The notes: generated by a model not told the origin, from the sequence alone. A DNA stretch of 64,000 nt from Octopus sinensis (GCF_006345805.1 NC_043008.1:64232001-64296000), one strand, 5' to 3'. Shown: positions 11,360 to 24,922, numbered from the stretch's first letter. Made by a program: numbers and translations.

Positions 11360-13850
11360 AATTTATAAATATAAATTAAAAATTTTAAATTTAAATAATT
11401 TAAATTTTTTATATATTTTGTATATTATATTAATTATTTTTATTTTTAGGTTTTGGTTTATGTTTTTCACTGTTTGATTTGCCTAATAGTGCTTTTATCT
11501 CTAATTTAATTTATATATATATACATATATACAACGGGTTTCTTTCAGTTTCCGTCTACCAAATCCACTCACAAGTCTTTGGTCAGCCTGAGACTATAGT
11601 AGAAGACATCTGCCCAAGGTGACATGCAGTGGGAATGAACCCAGAACCATGTGGTTCATAAGCAAGCTACTTACCACACAGCCACTCCTATGCCTATTCA
11701 TGTACATGAATAAATTAGTATATGTCTATTTCTGCATATTCATAAGTAACTATATGTGTGTGTTTGTGATAGAATATGCATATATGTGTACGATGAGTGC
11801 ATGTGTCTATATCAATAGACACGCATGTGTGCATATGAACAAATACATTGGTAGGTGTATGCATGTGTATGTGTGAATATGCCAATACAAGTATGTGTTT
11901 ACTTCAGTGTATGTTTACGTGCTTGTGATTATGTTTCCATATGTATGAACACACTATCATGCATGCATATTTACACACATTCACATCACAAACACACATG
12001 TACATACGCTTTTGTTGTGAGAATACACGCACATGCTCGTAGGTGTATGTAAATGTATATATGTGAGCAAATGCATAGAAACATGTATGTGTGTATCTGA
12101 ATTTACTACCTTGTGTGTTTGTGTGTGTGTGTGTGTGCGTGTCTGTGTGCATGTGCATGTGTGTGAGTAAGGGCATGAACGCATGTATATGTAATTATAA
12201 AAGAATACATGTGTATGAGTGTTTTTGTTACATGCATTAGTGTATGCATGTGAGTAAATACATCTGCATGAATGCATCAATAAATGCATGAGTGTGAGCA
12301 CATGTGTGTGTGAAAATGCAGGCATGTGTGTGTGATGTGTTGGTGTGTGTATGTGTGTGTGTCTGTTAAAACATTAGTTGGTGCATGTGTGTGACTATGT
12401 CAGCTTAAGCATGTGAATACATGCACGGTTAGCTTCATGTTTTTGTGAACATGTATGTATGAGTTTTTGGTAAGTGCATCGATGTATGCATGTCAGTGTA
12501 TATATACACTCATATGTATGTGTAAGTTAATTCATGATTGAGAACATGCATATGTGCACATGTGAAGATGCAAGCATGCCTGTATGGTGTATGGTGTATG
12601 TGTGTGTGTGTGTGTGTGTGTGCATGCATAAATATACCAATTTGTGTACCTGAGGAAATGCATTTGTGGGTGCTTGTACTTGTGTGAATACACCAAATCT
12701 TGTTAATAAATGTGTGAGTGTGTGTATGTATGCGGGAACCAGTATGCATGAGTGCCTGTGTATGCACTAGAATATGTGTGAGTAATGAATTAGTGACAGC
12801 ATGTGCTTGTGGTGGGTATGTTGTATTGTTGGGTGCATGAATGTGTAAATACACCAATAAAAGTGTATATGGGTAAACACACTGGTAAATACCTGAATAT
12901 GTGTGAATATGCCTGCCCAGCATGTTTGAGATAATGCATGGTTGGTGAACATAAGGGTACGTGTAAATGTGTGATAAGGAATTCGGTGGAAGTATCTGGG
13001 TGCATGTGTGAACAAATCACCATGTGTACACATAAATGTGTATGAGTGTATGTGGTTGTGTGTGTGTGTGTGTGTGTGTGTGCATGTGCTTGAGCATGCA
13101 AGAATGTTTGTGCATTTGATGTGTGTTGGTAGATGCATGTATGCATGTGTGTTTGTGAATATATCTATATGCATGTGTGTGAGTAAATGTGCGGATGATG
13201 CATGCATGTCTGAATGCAACAGTATATGTATTTTGAATGCATTCATTGGTGAGTGCATGTATGCATATAAATTTATACATGTGTGAATACACTAACATAT
13301 GTGTGTGCTTCAACGAGTGTGTGGATTAGCGAACATGTGTTCAAACATGCAGAAATGTATGTATCTCAATAAGTGCACTGATGGGTCTATATGCATCTAA
13401 TATATATGCATATGTGAGTATAATGTGCAAGTTTATGTGTGAGAATACATCAGTATGTGTGTGAGTGTATGAGTATATATTTGTGTGTATACATTCATAG
13501 ACATGTGTATTTGGGTGTGAGTGTGTTGGTTGATACATATGTGTATAAACACACCTGTATATGCATGTGTAACTGCCTGGGAAGGAGTATGCATGTGAGC
13601 ATGTATGTGCATGTTTGTGGAAAGTGTTTGAATGTGTGCATGTGTGTTTAAGTGAATGGATGTAATGGTGGTGTGTGTGTAAACATTGAGATGTGTGCTC
13701 TTAGTGAATGTGTTAGTCAATGCATGCGTTGTGAGTGAGTGTATATGTGGGTGATTGTGTGAATGAATACACTAGCATATATGTCAGAGAGAGCAGTGGT
13801 GTGTACATATGTGTGCGTATGAGAGCACACAGTTGTAGTGGTCATTGGGG
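10095..13850. repeat. ~3.7-kb cryptic (TG/TA/ATGC) low-complexity tract, interrupted by a SINE
   Basis: Degenerate GTGTGTGCATGTATGCATATG-type purine/pyrimidine alternation; source of most H/T/Y/M/C/V ORFs; similar tract at ~14580-15190. Confidence 0.9.
11136..11695 (-). mobile_element. SINE family A with an AT-rich insert in its internal (TA)n
   Basis: Both SINE halves present; 11360-11515 is the reverse complement of the start of the 32390 element. Confidence 0.8.
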
Positions 13851-13890
13851 GTAGAGGGTTTGAATTTAATGTTGAGAGCATAAGAATATT

Positions 13891-14294
13891 CTTTTCTACT
13901 CTAGGCACAAGGCATGAAATTTTGGGGGAAGGGGGGGGGGCAGTCGATTAGATCGACTCCAGTATGCGACTGGTACTTAATTTATCAACCCTGAAAGGAT
14001 GAAAGGCAAAGTCAACCTTGGCGGAATTTGAACCCAGAACGTAAAGACAGACAAAATACCTATTTCTTTATTTGGCACAAGGGGCTAAACACAGAGAGGA
14101 CAAAATTGGACAAACAAAGGGATTAAGTCGATTACATTGACTCCAGTGTGTAACTGGTACTTAATTTATCGACCCTGAAAGGATGAAAGGCAAAGTCGAC
14201 CTCAGCGGAATTTGAACCCAGAACGTAAAGACAGACAAAATACCACTAAGCATTTTTGCCCGCCATGCTAATATTTCTACCAGTTTACCACCTA
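13891..14294 (-). mobile_element. SINE family B dimer (full unit plus headless unit)
   Basis: Core present twice; 18-bp TSD TGAGAGCATA(A/G)GAATATT at 13873-13890 and 14295-14312. Confidence 0.85.
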
Positions 14295-14330
14295 TGAGAG
14301 CATAGGAATATTAATACAACAGTATATATA

Positions 14331-14435
14331 TGAGGGGTGCTGAAAAGTTCCTGGCTTTGGGTAAAAAACATACAGAAGGATCAGATAATTATGATTTTGT
14401 TCAACATATTTCCCTCTCAGATACATACACACACA

Positions 14436-14468
<33 letters not shown>

Positions 14469-14579
14469 TGCAGTAGTCCTTCAGTTTTTATAAGTCCTAC
14501 AAAAGAACTTGGAAGCTTAGGCCTCTAATTAGGCCTTTCATGATATCCTTAAAGCCAGAAAGTTTTCAGTACCCTCTTG
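14331..14579. mobile_element. mariner-derived MITE
   Basis: TIRs GAGGGGTGCTGAAAAGTTCCTGGCTTT / AAAGCCAGAAAGTTTTCAGTACCCTC with TA flanks; second copy at 43074-43279. Confidence 0.85.
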
Positions 14580-15382
14580 TATGTGTCAATGAGTTGGTGA
14601 GTGCATGTATGTGTATGCATGGTGGGTGTGTTAGTATCTGTATGTATGTGTATGCACATGTGCATTGGTGCATGGGCACTTGTATGTGAATAGAACCAGA
14701 ATGTGCATGGGTGAGAAGATATGTATGTGATTACACCAGCATGAGTGTGTGAGGACATAGGTGCAGAAGTGAGAATGCACAAATATCAAGCAGGGTACGC
14801 GTGCATTCACACAAACGGAAATATAAGCTCATGTGTATGCATGCGTATAAACATAAAATTACATCTATGCATGTATCTGGTTGTAAAAACCTACAAGCAT
14901 GCATGAAAGTGGTTAAACCGGTAGGCATATATGTGTATATATGTGTATATATGACTGTCAGAAAGCAAACACGTGTGTGCATGAAATGTTGCATGTGCAT
15001 GCATACATGCATGATCATGATAAATTAATTGTGTACAAACACAGATGTGTGCTTTTTATTTTTTTAATTACGTATGCAAATAAATAAACAAGCTGTATGC
15101 AAACGCATGCATATGGGAATATGAACTCTCAAAAGATTATTTCCAATAAACACAACAGTATGTGCATGTAAATACAATAAATATATGCGACTAAAATAAA
15201 TATTTGCTTTGTTAATTAGTTAGAGGAGGGCTGGAAGCACTATCGAAGCATTTGGAATCCCTTACTCTGCTAGTGAGATTCATGATATTTTTGTTCAGTG
15301 CATTGATGTCTGTCAAAGATGCATGGATTTCAGAGAGTTGTATTAATACAACAAACTGCTAATAAGCATGTTTATTCTTCCT

Positions 15383-15605
15383 TATTCTTTTACTTGTTTC
15401 AGTCATTTGACTGTGGCCATGCTGGAGCACCGCCTTTAATTGAAAAAATAGACCCCAGGACTTATTCTTTTTTAAGCCTAGTACTTATTCTATCGGTCTC
15501 TTTTGCCGAACTGCTAAGTTACGGGGACGTAAGCACACCAACATCGGTTGTCAAGTGATGTTGGGGGGGACAAACACAGACACACAAACATATACACACA
15601 CATAC

Positions 15606-15638
<33 letters not shown>

Positions 15639-15877
15639 AATTCAACAACAATTGAGGAATGGCCTTAATAGGCCATTCGACCCACTAGAAAGAGCAGCCA
15701 GGACATATATATACGACGGGCTTCTTTCAGTTTCCATCTACCAAATCTACTCAAAGGGCTTTGCTCGGCCCAAGGCTATAGTAGAAGACACTTGCCCAAG
15801 GTGCCACACAGTGGGACTGAACCCAAAACCATGCGGTTCGTAAGCAAGCTACTTACCTCACAGCCACTTCTACACCT
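15383..15877 (-). mobile_element. SINE family A with a ~70-bp foreign insert in its (TA)n
   Basis: Both halves present; insert at 15636-15705. Confidence 0.8.
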
Positions 15878-15989
15878 ATAAAAATTTAAAAATCTGTTTT
15901 AAAAATCTATTTATTGTTTCAGTCATTTGACTATGGCCATGCTGGAGCACTGCCTTCAGGAGTTTTATTCAGTTGTCTCAGCCCAGCAC

Positions 15990-16310
15990 TTCTTTTTAAA
16001 GTCTGATGTATTTATTATATTTTCAGTTCTGCATTCAGCTGACCAAAATGACACTCGGGTTTCAGTTGCACAAGGTCTCCTTGGTCGTGTCAAGAATGAT
16101 GAAAACTTTAAAAACTTTGTGTACTCCTCTGAGCAGGTATCACCAAGTTTTTGGCAAAATTTTATGCAGACTCTTTTCAACTTTCTCTGTCATAATCATT
16201 ACGATGATCACACACTACACACCTTCCTTCTAAGCACTGCTGTAAACAGCAAAAGTGAGCCAGAAACCTAGTGCGCATGCACAGCAGAGATCAAGGTTAA
16301 TCTATACCAG
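15990..16310 (-). mobile_element. mariner transposase N-terminal relic
   Basis: Minus frame KRVCIKFCQKLGDTCSE resembles the mariner N-terminal 'EQRxCIKFCxKLG' motif. Confidence 0.6.
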
Positions 16311-16439
16311 GTGGTTTTCCTCTGCTTTAGCTGCATTACTATGCCAACAGTCCGGATACTTATTGATCAGACTACATGTGTATGCTTCTGAACAAAGCAT
16401 TAATCAAGTCTGGAGTGGTAATAAGAAAATAGAGTTGTA

Positions 16440-16632
16440 ACTTTTTTCTTACTACACGTGGGCCATTGACGCTGTCTTCTCCATCTTTGGTATTTTCCCT
16501 GTCTCCTTTCCAACAAAGAGGTATGCTCAAAACGTCAAACTCTCTCCTTTCAATATGCATCAAGATAATACATTTCTTGTGCACATCTTCATGTTCATAT
16601 TTTTCATTTTTCCATTTGTTTATTTGGATTGA
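16440..16632 (+). mobile_element. family-4 repeat with a decayed hammerhead
   Basis: 16507-16539: UUU CCAACAA A GAG guaug CUC AAAAC GUC AAA (HHR geometry and GUC site kept, core decayed); GGATTGAC-(TA)n end. Confidence 0.5.
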
Positions 16633-16661
16633 CTATATATATATATAAAATTATGTATATA

Positions 16662-16768
16662 AAAAATTATAATTTAGGGTATGAAAATAGCAGTCAAAAA
16701 CTTGACTATATTTTTTACTACTATTTTCAGCGTGGTGGTATCTCTTAGATACCCTAAATTATAATTTT
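16662..16768. repeat. nested inverted repeat (foldback)
   Basis: AAAATTATAATTTAGGGTAT / ATACCCTAAATTATAATTTT perfect 20-bp arms, with inner GAAAATAG(C/T)AGT/ACTACTATTTTC and AGTCAA/TTGACT stems. Confidence 0.8.
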
Positions 16769-16861
16769 AAATAATTATTACCTTTGAAAGGTTTTTATTC
16801 CCATGCTGGCCACCTGTATTTGAATATCGACCTTATCCTTATTTATATAAATTTATAAATA

Positions 16862-16955
<94 letters not shown>

Positions 16956-18189
16956 ATGTGTATCTATGTATGTATAGGGAGGAGGGAGGGAGGGAGAGAG
17001 AGATAAAGAGAGAGCTCAGATAAAAAATTGCGTCTACTATAATAGGTATATAACATAAATGTTCAAATCTACTTAACTAAGACTGAAGCAAAGTGGTGGT
17101 GTTGTCCCTAACAATGAATGGCTATAAGTGGTTCATCATTGAGCAAATAAATGTACTGTAGAAATAAAGAAACAGTGGACGAACGACTGGTATCAGTTTA
17201 GTGCATTGAGTTTATATATTTAAGCATAACTGCAGAGCTGTTACAGTAGAGTTGTTAGAATAGAAGAGCATATCGTAGGTAATCTCTTAACAGCTGTTTC
17301 CAGATTAGATGCTTCCACATATGATGCTTTTGATGTATTTCTCCATATCGTGCAGACATATACAGGCAGTTCTTGGGCAACTTCAAATGTATCAAACCAT
17401 CTAGTTTCGTTGTTTTCAATGGGTTATCAGGTGCCACTAAACATTCTTTTCTAAACTGTTGAGCAATAATAAAAGAAATCTATTTATTAAAGTATGAATT
17501 AATTGATTTTGCAGCAAAATGCTGAAAACTCATTTAAGTAATAGTATAACTTCAATGGTTTGAGGGAAGAATACAGTGTAGATTATGTATAAATAAATAT
17601 ATGGCATCATGTTTATATGCATTTTATCTCATGCACAGCTATATACATATATGTGTGTGTAGAGAGAGAGTGAGAAAGCGGTTAAGATATTCATAATTAA
17701 ATGCATACATATATATATTATATTAGACAAATGTGAGTGTATGTGGTTATGTTTAGCCCCAAAAGGATCTGAAATGATGCATCCTCAAGAAAAACGAATT
17801 TGATTTTCAAAATCTCTGTCCCAAAGGCAATGTCATCTATAAATAATGATAAAATATAATTTGCTTGAAGAAGAACTCAACTTTTAGGTCAACAATTCTC
17901 CCACTTTATATGTGTCACTTTTAATCTATCTCTCTATATATATTCACCATACTCTTTGACACTTATCTGCATATGTGTTACAATGCATAGCTTTCATTTT
18001 GTTTAAAATCTTCTCTACTAATGTTTGCTTTTATTTTACAATACACAGCTTGTCACTCACAAAATGCTTAGTTTCAAAATTCCGTTTACATATTGCTTAG
18101 AAATTATATTTAAACATCTGTAACATTTTTCTACACAATCTCGATCAATTTAGACATCAGTGGGCAGTTTTACCAAATGGTAGAATACT

Positions 18190-18625
18190 CAGGTAGTATC
18201 CAAGGGGTGCAGGTTCAATAAATATATGATGCCATATATATATTCATACAAAGAAGCTTGAGAGGTGGTTGGATGAAACTTACACTCGCCTCCTTATGAG
18301 AGCTCAAAATCTCTCGTGTAAGCGTCATCCAACCAAAGTACAGATATATGGGAAATTACCACCTGTATCATCTCTTGTGAAAGGTAGAAGAATCCAGTTT
18401 GCTGGACATTGTTGTAGAGCTGAAAACAAGGTAATTTCTACTCTTCTTCTCTGGAAGCCATCTGCTCGTGATACCAGAGGGCGCACACTCTCCTACTCTG
18501 ATGTAATCTCCAGGGATACAGGCATCCAGCAACAGGACCTCTGTAATGCTTTGATGGACCGTGATGTCTGGCATAACATAGTAAATTCCATTGTCTCAAC
18601 CATGGTCGAACAATGAATGATGAAT
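18190..18625 (+). mobile_element. RTE-X-like LINE 3' end
   Basis: ORF 18269-18616 (YTRLLMRAQNLS..HPTK..IYG..RRIQFAGHC..LLLWKP..DR..W) matches RTE/RTE-X C-termini; TGA-repeat tail. Confidence 0.8.
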
Positions 18626-19179
18626 CAAGTCCCACAGCCATTTGCTGGCAACTTTTTCCATCTTATAAGGGTAAAATACACAATCTTTCAGCTGTTTTTA
18701 CAGCTAAGCAGCATTCGAAATATTACTGTCTTATCTGTATAATGTATGTGTCCGTGTTTGTGATTGTGTCTTGGTTTTGTTGAAAAGAAACAGATTGTTA
18801 AGTCTTCAGTGATAGAGTGTTTTGAGTTTTTTATTCACAGAATTAATGGTGTTATTTTCTTATCAGAGAGTGCAATTTGGTTGAGGTGCTTTAGTGCAGT
18901 TCTGTTGAAAGTCATACTAATTATTGAATTGGTGAAACAAAGTATTGTAATTTTCCAAAATATAGTTTTCGTTTCATTGCAATGTTGTGAAAATGAGTTA
19001 CATTTGAAGATAAGCTGTCATTGTTATTCGATATTCATTAATGTAAGCCAAATATTAAAAAGAATACTTTCGACATAATTTCTTAAATTTCAGCTTATGA
19101 TTTGAGCTGAAGAAATCTACTAATTCGTACATCAAAATGAATTTAACAAGATATTTATGTATGTATAAATGTATGTGTG

Positions 19180-19420
19180 GAGGTGCATGGCTTAGTGGTT
19201 AGGGTGTCAGCATCATGATCGTAAGATTATGGTTTTGACTCCTTGACTGGATGATGCGTTGTGTTCTTGAGCAAAATGCTTCATTTCACATTGCTCCAGT
19301 ACACTCAGCTGGCAAAAATGAGTAACGCTGCGATGGACTGGCATTTCATCCAGCCTGGGAACACATATGTCATGAAAACCAGGAAACCGGGCCCATGAAT
19401 CTGGTTAGGCTTTAAAAGGG
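19180..19420 (+). mobile_element. SINE family C
   Basis: GGCTTAGTGGTTAGGGTG head; TTGTGTTCTTGAGCAA body. Confidence 0.7.
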
Positions 19421-19425
19421 CGCAT

Positions 19426-19852
19426 TTACTCTTTACTCTTTTACTCTTTTACTTGTTTCAGTCATTTGACTGCGGCCATGCTGGAGCACCGCCTTTAATC
19501 GAGCAACTCGACCCCGGAACTTATTCTTTGTAAGCCCAGTACTTATTCTATCGGTCTCTTTTTGCCAAACCGCTAAGTGATGGGGACATAAACACACCAG
19601 CATCGGTTGTCAAGCAATGCTAGGGGGACAAACACAGACACACAAACATACACACACACACACATATATATATATACATACATATATACGATGGGCTTCT
19701 TTCAGTTTCCGTCTACCAAATCCACTCACAAGGCTTTGGTCGGCCTGAGGCTATAGTAGAAGACACTTGCCCAAGGTGCCACGCAGTGGGACTGAACCCG
19801 GAACCATGTGGTTGGTAAACAAGCTACTTACCACACAGCTACTCCTGTGCCT
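19426..19852 (-). mobile_element. SINE family A, young full-length copy
   Basis: Complete head-to-tail match to the other copies, with CpGs retained. Confidence 0.9.
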
Positions 19853-19906
19853 ATATATATATATATAATATATATATATTTTTTATATATGTATGTATGT
19901 ATGTAT

Positions 19907-20552
19907 GACTTTTCTTTGAGTTTAATTTAAGCTCTTTTTAAGAGAGTTCAAGTCGGTTGCTAACAAAGCAACAAGACTTTTTGAGTTAACAGAGTTCCTG
20001 GTGTTTGTAAAGATGTGGCCGAGTTGGCATGTGGGTTGAACCGATGATGCATACACCTAGTGTATGCACCTATTCAGGTAAGAATCTCAGATAGAGAATT
20101 TCAGGAATGCCTTGCAAATCTTTACTATGCCACTAACAGAGCAGATTCGGAGAATCTACATCAGTTTCTTTTAATCTTTCTCCATGAGACTGAGCATTTC
20201 TAGGTTTTTGTGCAAATTTGTAGGTATGATAATAGGTACAAATGAGAATTTGGAGTCAGAGTATAAGGTCTGTAAGTTCTGCATTCAATCACCATAAATA
20301 TTCTCTTTCTCCTGGATTTTTGATTGTACATTCATATCCAATGGGCAGCTGACATCTACAACAAGGCATGACTTTTGTTCCCTGTTCCATAGAAGAATAT
20401 CAGGTCTGTTATGTTTGCACTGTATTGATGTTTTTATTGAGGTGCTCCACCAGTATTCCTTGTTTTTTAAGGTGTGAATATCTGCTGGTTCTGACATGCC
20501 TTTGATGTATACATCAAGGCAGTTCTTCCAGCAGATACATTGTAAATAATCT
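19907..20552 (-). mobile_element. R4/Dong-like RLE non-LTR retrotransposon 3' fragment, family B
   Basis: KEYWW..IKTSIQCKHNRPDILLWNREQKSCLVVDVSCP..KENIY RLE motif; both ends abut (TATG)n. Confidence 0.8.
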
Positions 20553-20580
20553 TATGTATGTACGTACATATGTATGCATG

Positions 20581-22013
20581 TCATTATTCGGTTTAATTCA
20601 AGATTTCTTGCCAACAGAGAAAGAACCGGTTTCTAACCTAGATCCAAGGCTCCTTCATTGGAATTTCAACGTCAACAACAGGGTATTTTTTTGTATGTAT
20701 GTATGTATGTATGTATGTATGTATGTATGTATGTATGTGTGTATGTGTGTATGTGTGTGTATGTATGTATGTATGTGTGTATGTTGTATTATATACATAT
20801 GTATGTATGTATTATGTACAAATGTATGTATGTATGTATGTATGTATGTATGTATGTATGTATGTATGTATGTGCAAATTTGTATGATTTATGTATGTAT
20901 TCTCATGCATATACTTGCATATCCAGATGTGCTCATATATATTAAATGATAAACTTCTGGAAAGTTTTGTAGATTTTTACAGTACCAGTGACGGATTGGA
21001 TCTATAGTCTTCGAATTAGTTTTTTCCTTCCTGGTTTTGAGAAGCCTAATTTCTCAAGATTGGTATTTAAGCAGTGTGTTACATATCCTAGAGCCCCAAT
21101 AATTACAAGTATACACCTGAACTTGCAATCTGGATAGAGTAACTGCTTATTTCTCAATAGTTCAATTTAGGTGTTCTCTTTTTCACTGATCTTTATGTTA
21201 ACATCCACTGGGCAGCTAATTTCCACACCTGTGCAGTTTCTCTTCTCTATCCCAAATCATTATATCAAGTCTGCTGTGCTTACATTTTATTGAGGTCTTC
21301 ACAGGTACATTCCGCCAGTATTCCTTTTTATTATGAGTGGCTATGGCTTCTACCATATTGTGGATTTTTATTTCTTTGTCCTCGGGATTATCCTTCTGAT
21401 GGATTTCATTATAGAGTGTCCTAGCTACAACATCATGTTTCTTCAGTAGATAATGCTGAGATGACATTTTCAGATGACTGCTTATTATGTGGGTGATATC
21501 TTCACTGCAAACTCCACAAAGTCTGCATTGGTTGTCAGATTTTACTGCTTTCTTTGCATCTTTATCCCTTTTGTGCATCAAATCCTTGGTTGATATTTCC
21601 TGTTCCTGGATTGCAAACACATACCCTTCAAAGTGGGAGGTAGTAATCCGACTGCTTTGATGATCGATGTTACTATCATCACAGAGCTTTCTACTTACAT
21701 ATAGGTCTTCTTTGGAAATGTATTCTAGGTTATCAGACAAAGAGTGTTGCTCAAGGAGCTGCCTTCCATGTTTTATGATGAAGGAATGCACTTCGACACA
21801 TGATGTTTAAAAGATGTTGCTGAAGGGATATGATGAGACATTCAAAGGCATTTTGGATCGATGTTAAGCCTGTGCCACCTTGTTTTCATTTTAGGTAGGG
21901 GTGGTTTACATCACTGTTTATGTGGAAATTATGTGTGCTTGTTAGTATTTTTCGGGTTTTAACATGAATGGCTCAGATCTCATCAAGCATCCAATCAAGC
22001 AGCCCAAATGTTG
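20581..22013 (-). pseudogene. R4/Dong-like RLE retrotransposon, family A (RT thumb, CCHC knuckle, RLE, 3' UTR), degenerate
   Basis: KQGGTGLTSIQNAF; CRLCG..EDITHIISS..HDVVARTLYNEI; KEYW.NVPVKTSIKCKH.R.DIMIWDREEK; both ends in (TATG)n. Confidence 0.85.
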
Positions 22014-22049
22014 GTATGTATGTATATATATATGTATGTATATATGTAT

Positions 22050-22420
22050 GGAGGTGCAATGGCCCAGTGGCTAGGGTAGCGGACTCGTGGCCGTAGGATC
22101 GCAGTTTCGATTCCCAGACTGGGCATTGTGAGTGTTTATTGAGTGAAAACACCTAAAGCTCCATGAGGCTCTAGCAGAGGGTAGTGGTGAACCCTGCTGT
22201 ACTCTTTCACCACAACTTTCTCTCACTCTTTCTTCCTGTTTCTGTTGTACCTGTATTTCAAAAGGCCAACCTTAACACACTCTGTGTCACACTGAATTTC
22301 CCCAAGAACTACATTAAGGGTACACATGTCTGTGGAGTGCTCAGCCACTTGCATGTTAATAAATGAGCTGCGATGTCACTGGCACCAAGCTGTATCGGCC
22401 CTTTTGCCTTTCCCTTGGAT
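22050..22420 (+). mobile_element. SINE family C variant
   Basis: GGCCCAGTGGCTAGGG...GTTTCGATTCCC tRNA-like head; tail shared with the 6365 and 46650 copies. Confidence 0.7.
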
Positions 22421-22907
22421 GACATATATAATTAAAGGATAAAATCATTAAAAATTAATGAATTTTATCTGTGACCAGCATATAAAAAGACCTTTTAGGT
22501 AAAATTCATTTATAGATATATAATTATATAGAATACAATTATAATTACAGGTACTGAAGCTACTGTGCCTATATGCTAGAAAGAGATGCCAAATACATCC
22601 AACCACTACAAGGTTCACTTCTATATACACAGGTTATAAGTGGGAAAAGTGGACAAACCAAAAATTCATAAAATAATTTGGATAATCCTAGATTGATCAA
22701 TTTCTGGATAAATTTAATAACTTTTCCTTCATCAGTAGAATATACCGAGAAAAATAAACATTTACACATACCCACATAAATGCAAGCCCATAGACACGAG
22801 TACATAAAAATATCCACAGATATATATGAATTGAATTGACATCTCTTTCTAGCATATAGGTACAGTGGCTTCTGTGCCCTTAATCCTAATTTTAGTCTAT
22901 ATAATTA

Positions 22908-22943
<36 letters not shown>

Positions 22944-23029
22944 TGTATGTATATATATGTATGTATGTATTTATGTATGTATGTATATACATATATATAT
23001 ACATTGAGTGTGATCGTTACCAGCATTGC

Positions 23030-23660
23030 CTTACTGGTACTTGTGCTAGTGGCACATGAAAAAAACATTCAAGCAAGGTCATTGCCAGTGCTGCTGGACT
23101 GGCTATTGTGCAGATGGCATGTAAAAAATGCAATTTGTGTGTGGCCGTTGTCAGTACCGCCTGACTGGCCCTCATGCCAGTGGTACGTAAAAGCACCCAC
23201 TACACTCTCAGAGTGGTTGGCATTAGGAAGGGCATCCAGTTGTAGAAACTCTGCCAGATCAAGATTGGAGCCTGGTGCAGCCATCTGGTTTGCCAGTCCT
23301 CAGTCAAATCGTCCAACCCACATACACACACATAAATACATACATGCATATATATTTATCCTGACTGAGACCTCTGTTGATAAGCTCTGCTTGAGAAGAC
23401 TCATCAAGCCAAGAGTGGAAGCATAGTCGTGGCTAATTCCAGTGTCACATAACTGCTACCCTAGCCAGTGGCACATAAAAAGCACCCATTACACTCTTGG
23501 AGTGGTTGACATTAGGAAGGGCATCCAGCCATAGAAACCATGCCAAATCAGACTGGAACCAGATACAGCTCTCTGGTTTACCAGTTCCATTCAAAACGTC
23601 TTACCCATGCCAGAATGGAAAGCAGGCATTAAAGGATGATGATGATGATGATGATGATGA
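23030..23660 (+). mobile_element. cluster of RTE-3'-related family D pieces
   Basis: Two GAGTGGTTG(G/A)CATTAGGAAGGGCATCCAG units; GATGAT tail at ~23640. Confidence 0.7.
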
Positions 23661-24769
23661 TTTGTATATGTGTGTGCGTATAAGCATGAGTTTATGCATA
23701 TAGCATATATTTATATAAAGGCATCTATGCATATATATATATATTTATGTATGTATGTATGTATGTATGTATGTATATATGTATGTATGTATGCATTATA
23801 TATACAATACTTATATATAATGTTTGTATGTGGGCATATGTATTTATCTCTTTATAAACACATACGCACATGCATGTAGGCACACACACACAAACACACA
23901 CACATATACATGTAAGAGGATTTATACTGTTGTGACTCGTGACTCTCAAGTAACAGGTGATAAGTTAATCAGCTGAAACAATAATTTCTACAATGGAATG
24001 CACGAGGTTGGGCAAAAATACGAAAATATATAGCATCTTATTTATTCTTGTAGTCTTGTATTTTTTTGAAATTAGAGATTACAAGATTAGAAAAACCTGG
24101 ATAATATTAATAGTATTAAAAAATAAGATTAGTGGTATCTTTAGCCTTTATCTTTCTGCAAATAACTATGCTTCTGATTAATATAAAGAGTCTGTTTGAT
24201 CTCATCATATACTTATAATTACAAGAAGTATTCAATGAAACTTTGAATTTACCAGAGATGCCTTTAGTTACTATTCTTATGCCATCGAATCTATTTCTAT
24301 TTCTGCACTATAAATATGTTGCTATTCTTATGTTATGAATATAAATATTTGTGTGATCAGAATTATAAATATATGTTTGTTAAAAGTATTTTGTTCTTAA
24401 GCTATCAATTTTAAATAATACTTATCTACAGAACTTTCCCGAGGACTAGAATTCTGTAAAAAAATGAAAAGATAAAAGAAGAAAAGAAATAAATAGATGA
24501 AAAAATATATCACAAAAACAAGATGAAAGCCAACAGAGAATATACAAAAATATTTTTCGCTCCAAAAACATATAAAGAACCAGAGATTCACAACAATGTT
24601 TATGTCAACGTATGTGCAAAAATGTTGATATTATCAAGAGAGAATTCATGTTGTTATTTAACCTGTTAGAAATAAGAGCTAAATTTTCTTTCTCAAGTCA
24701 TATTTTAGCATCTTAAAGAAGAAATGAATGTATTGAATAAAAAAAAAAATTTGATATATTTCAAATGAA

Positions 24770-24869
24770 ACTGAGATGGTATGATGTGGAATATTTAGGA
24801 TATTGTCCTCATCTAAGGTATTTTTCGATGTTGTTATTATTATTATTATTATTACTATTATTATTATTA

Positions 24870-24922
<53 letters not shown>

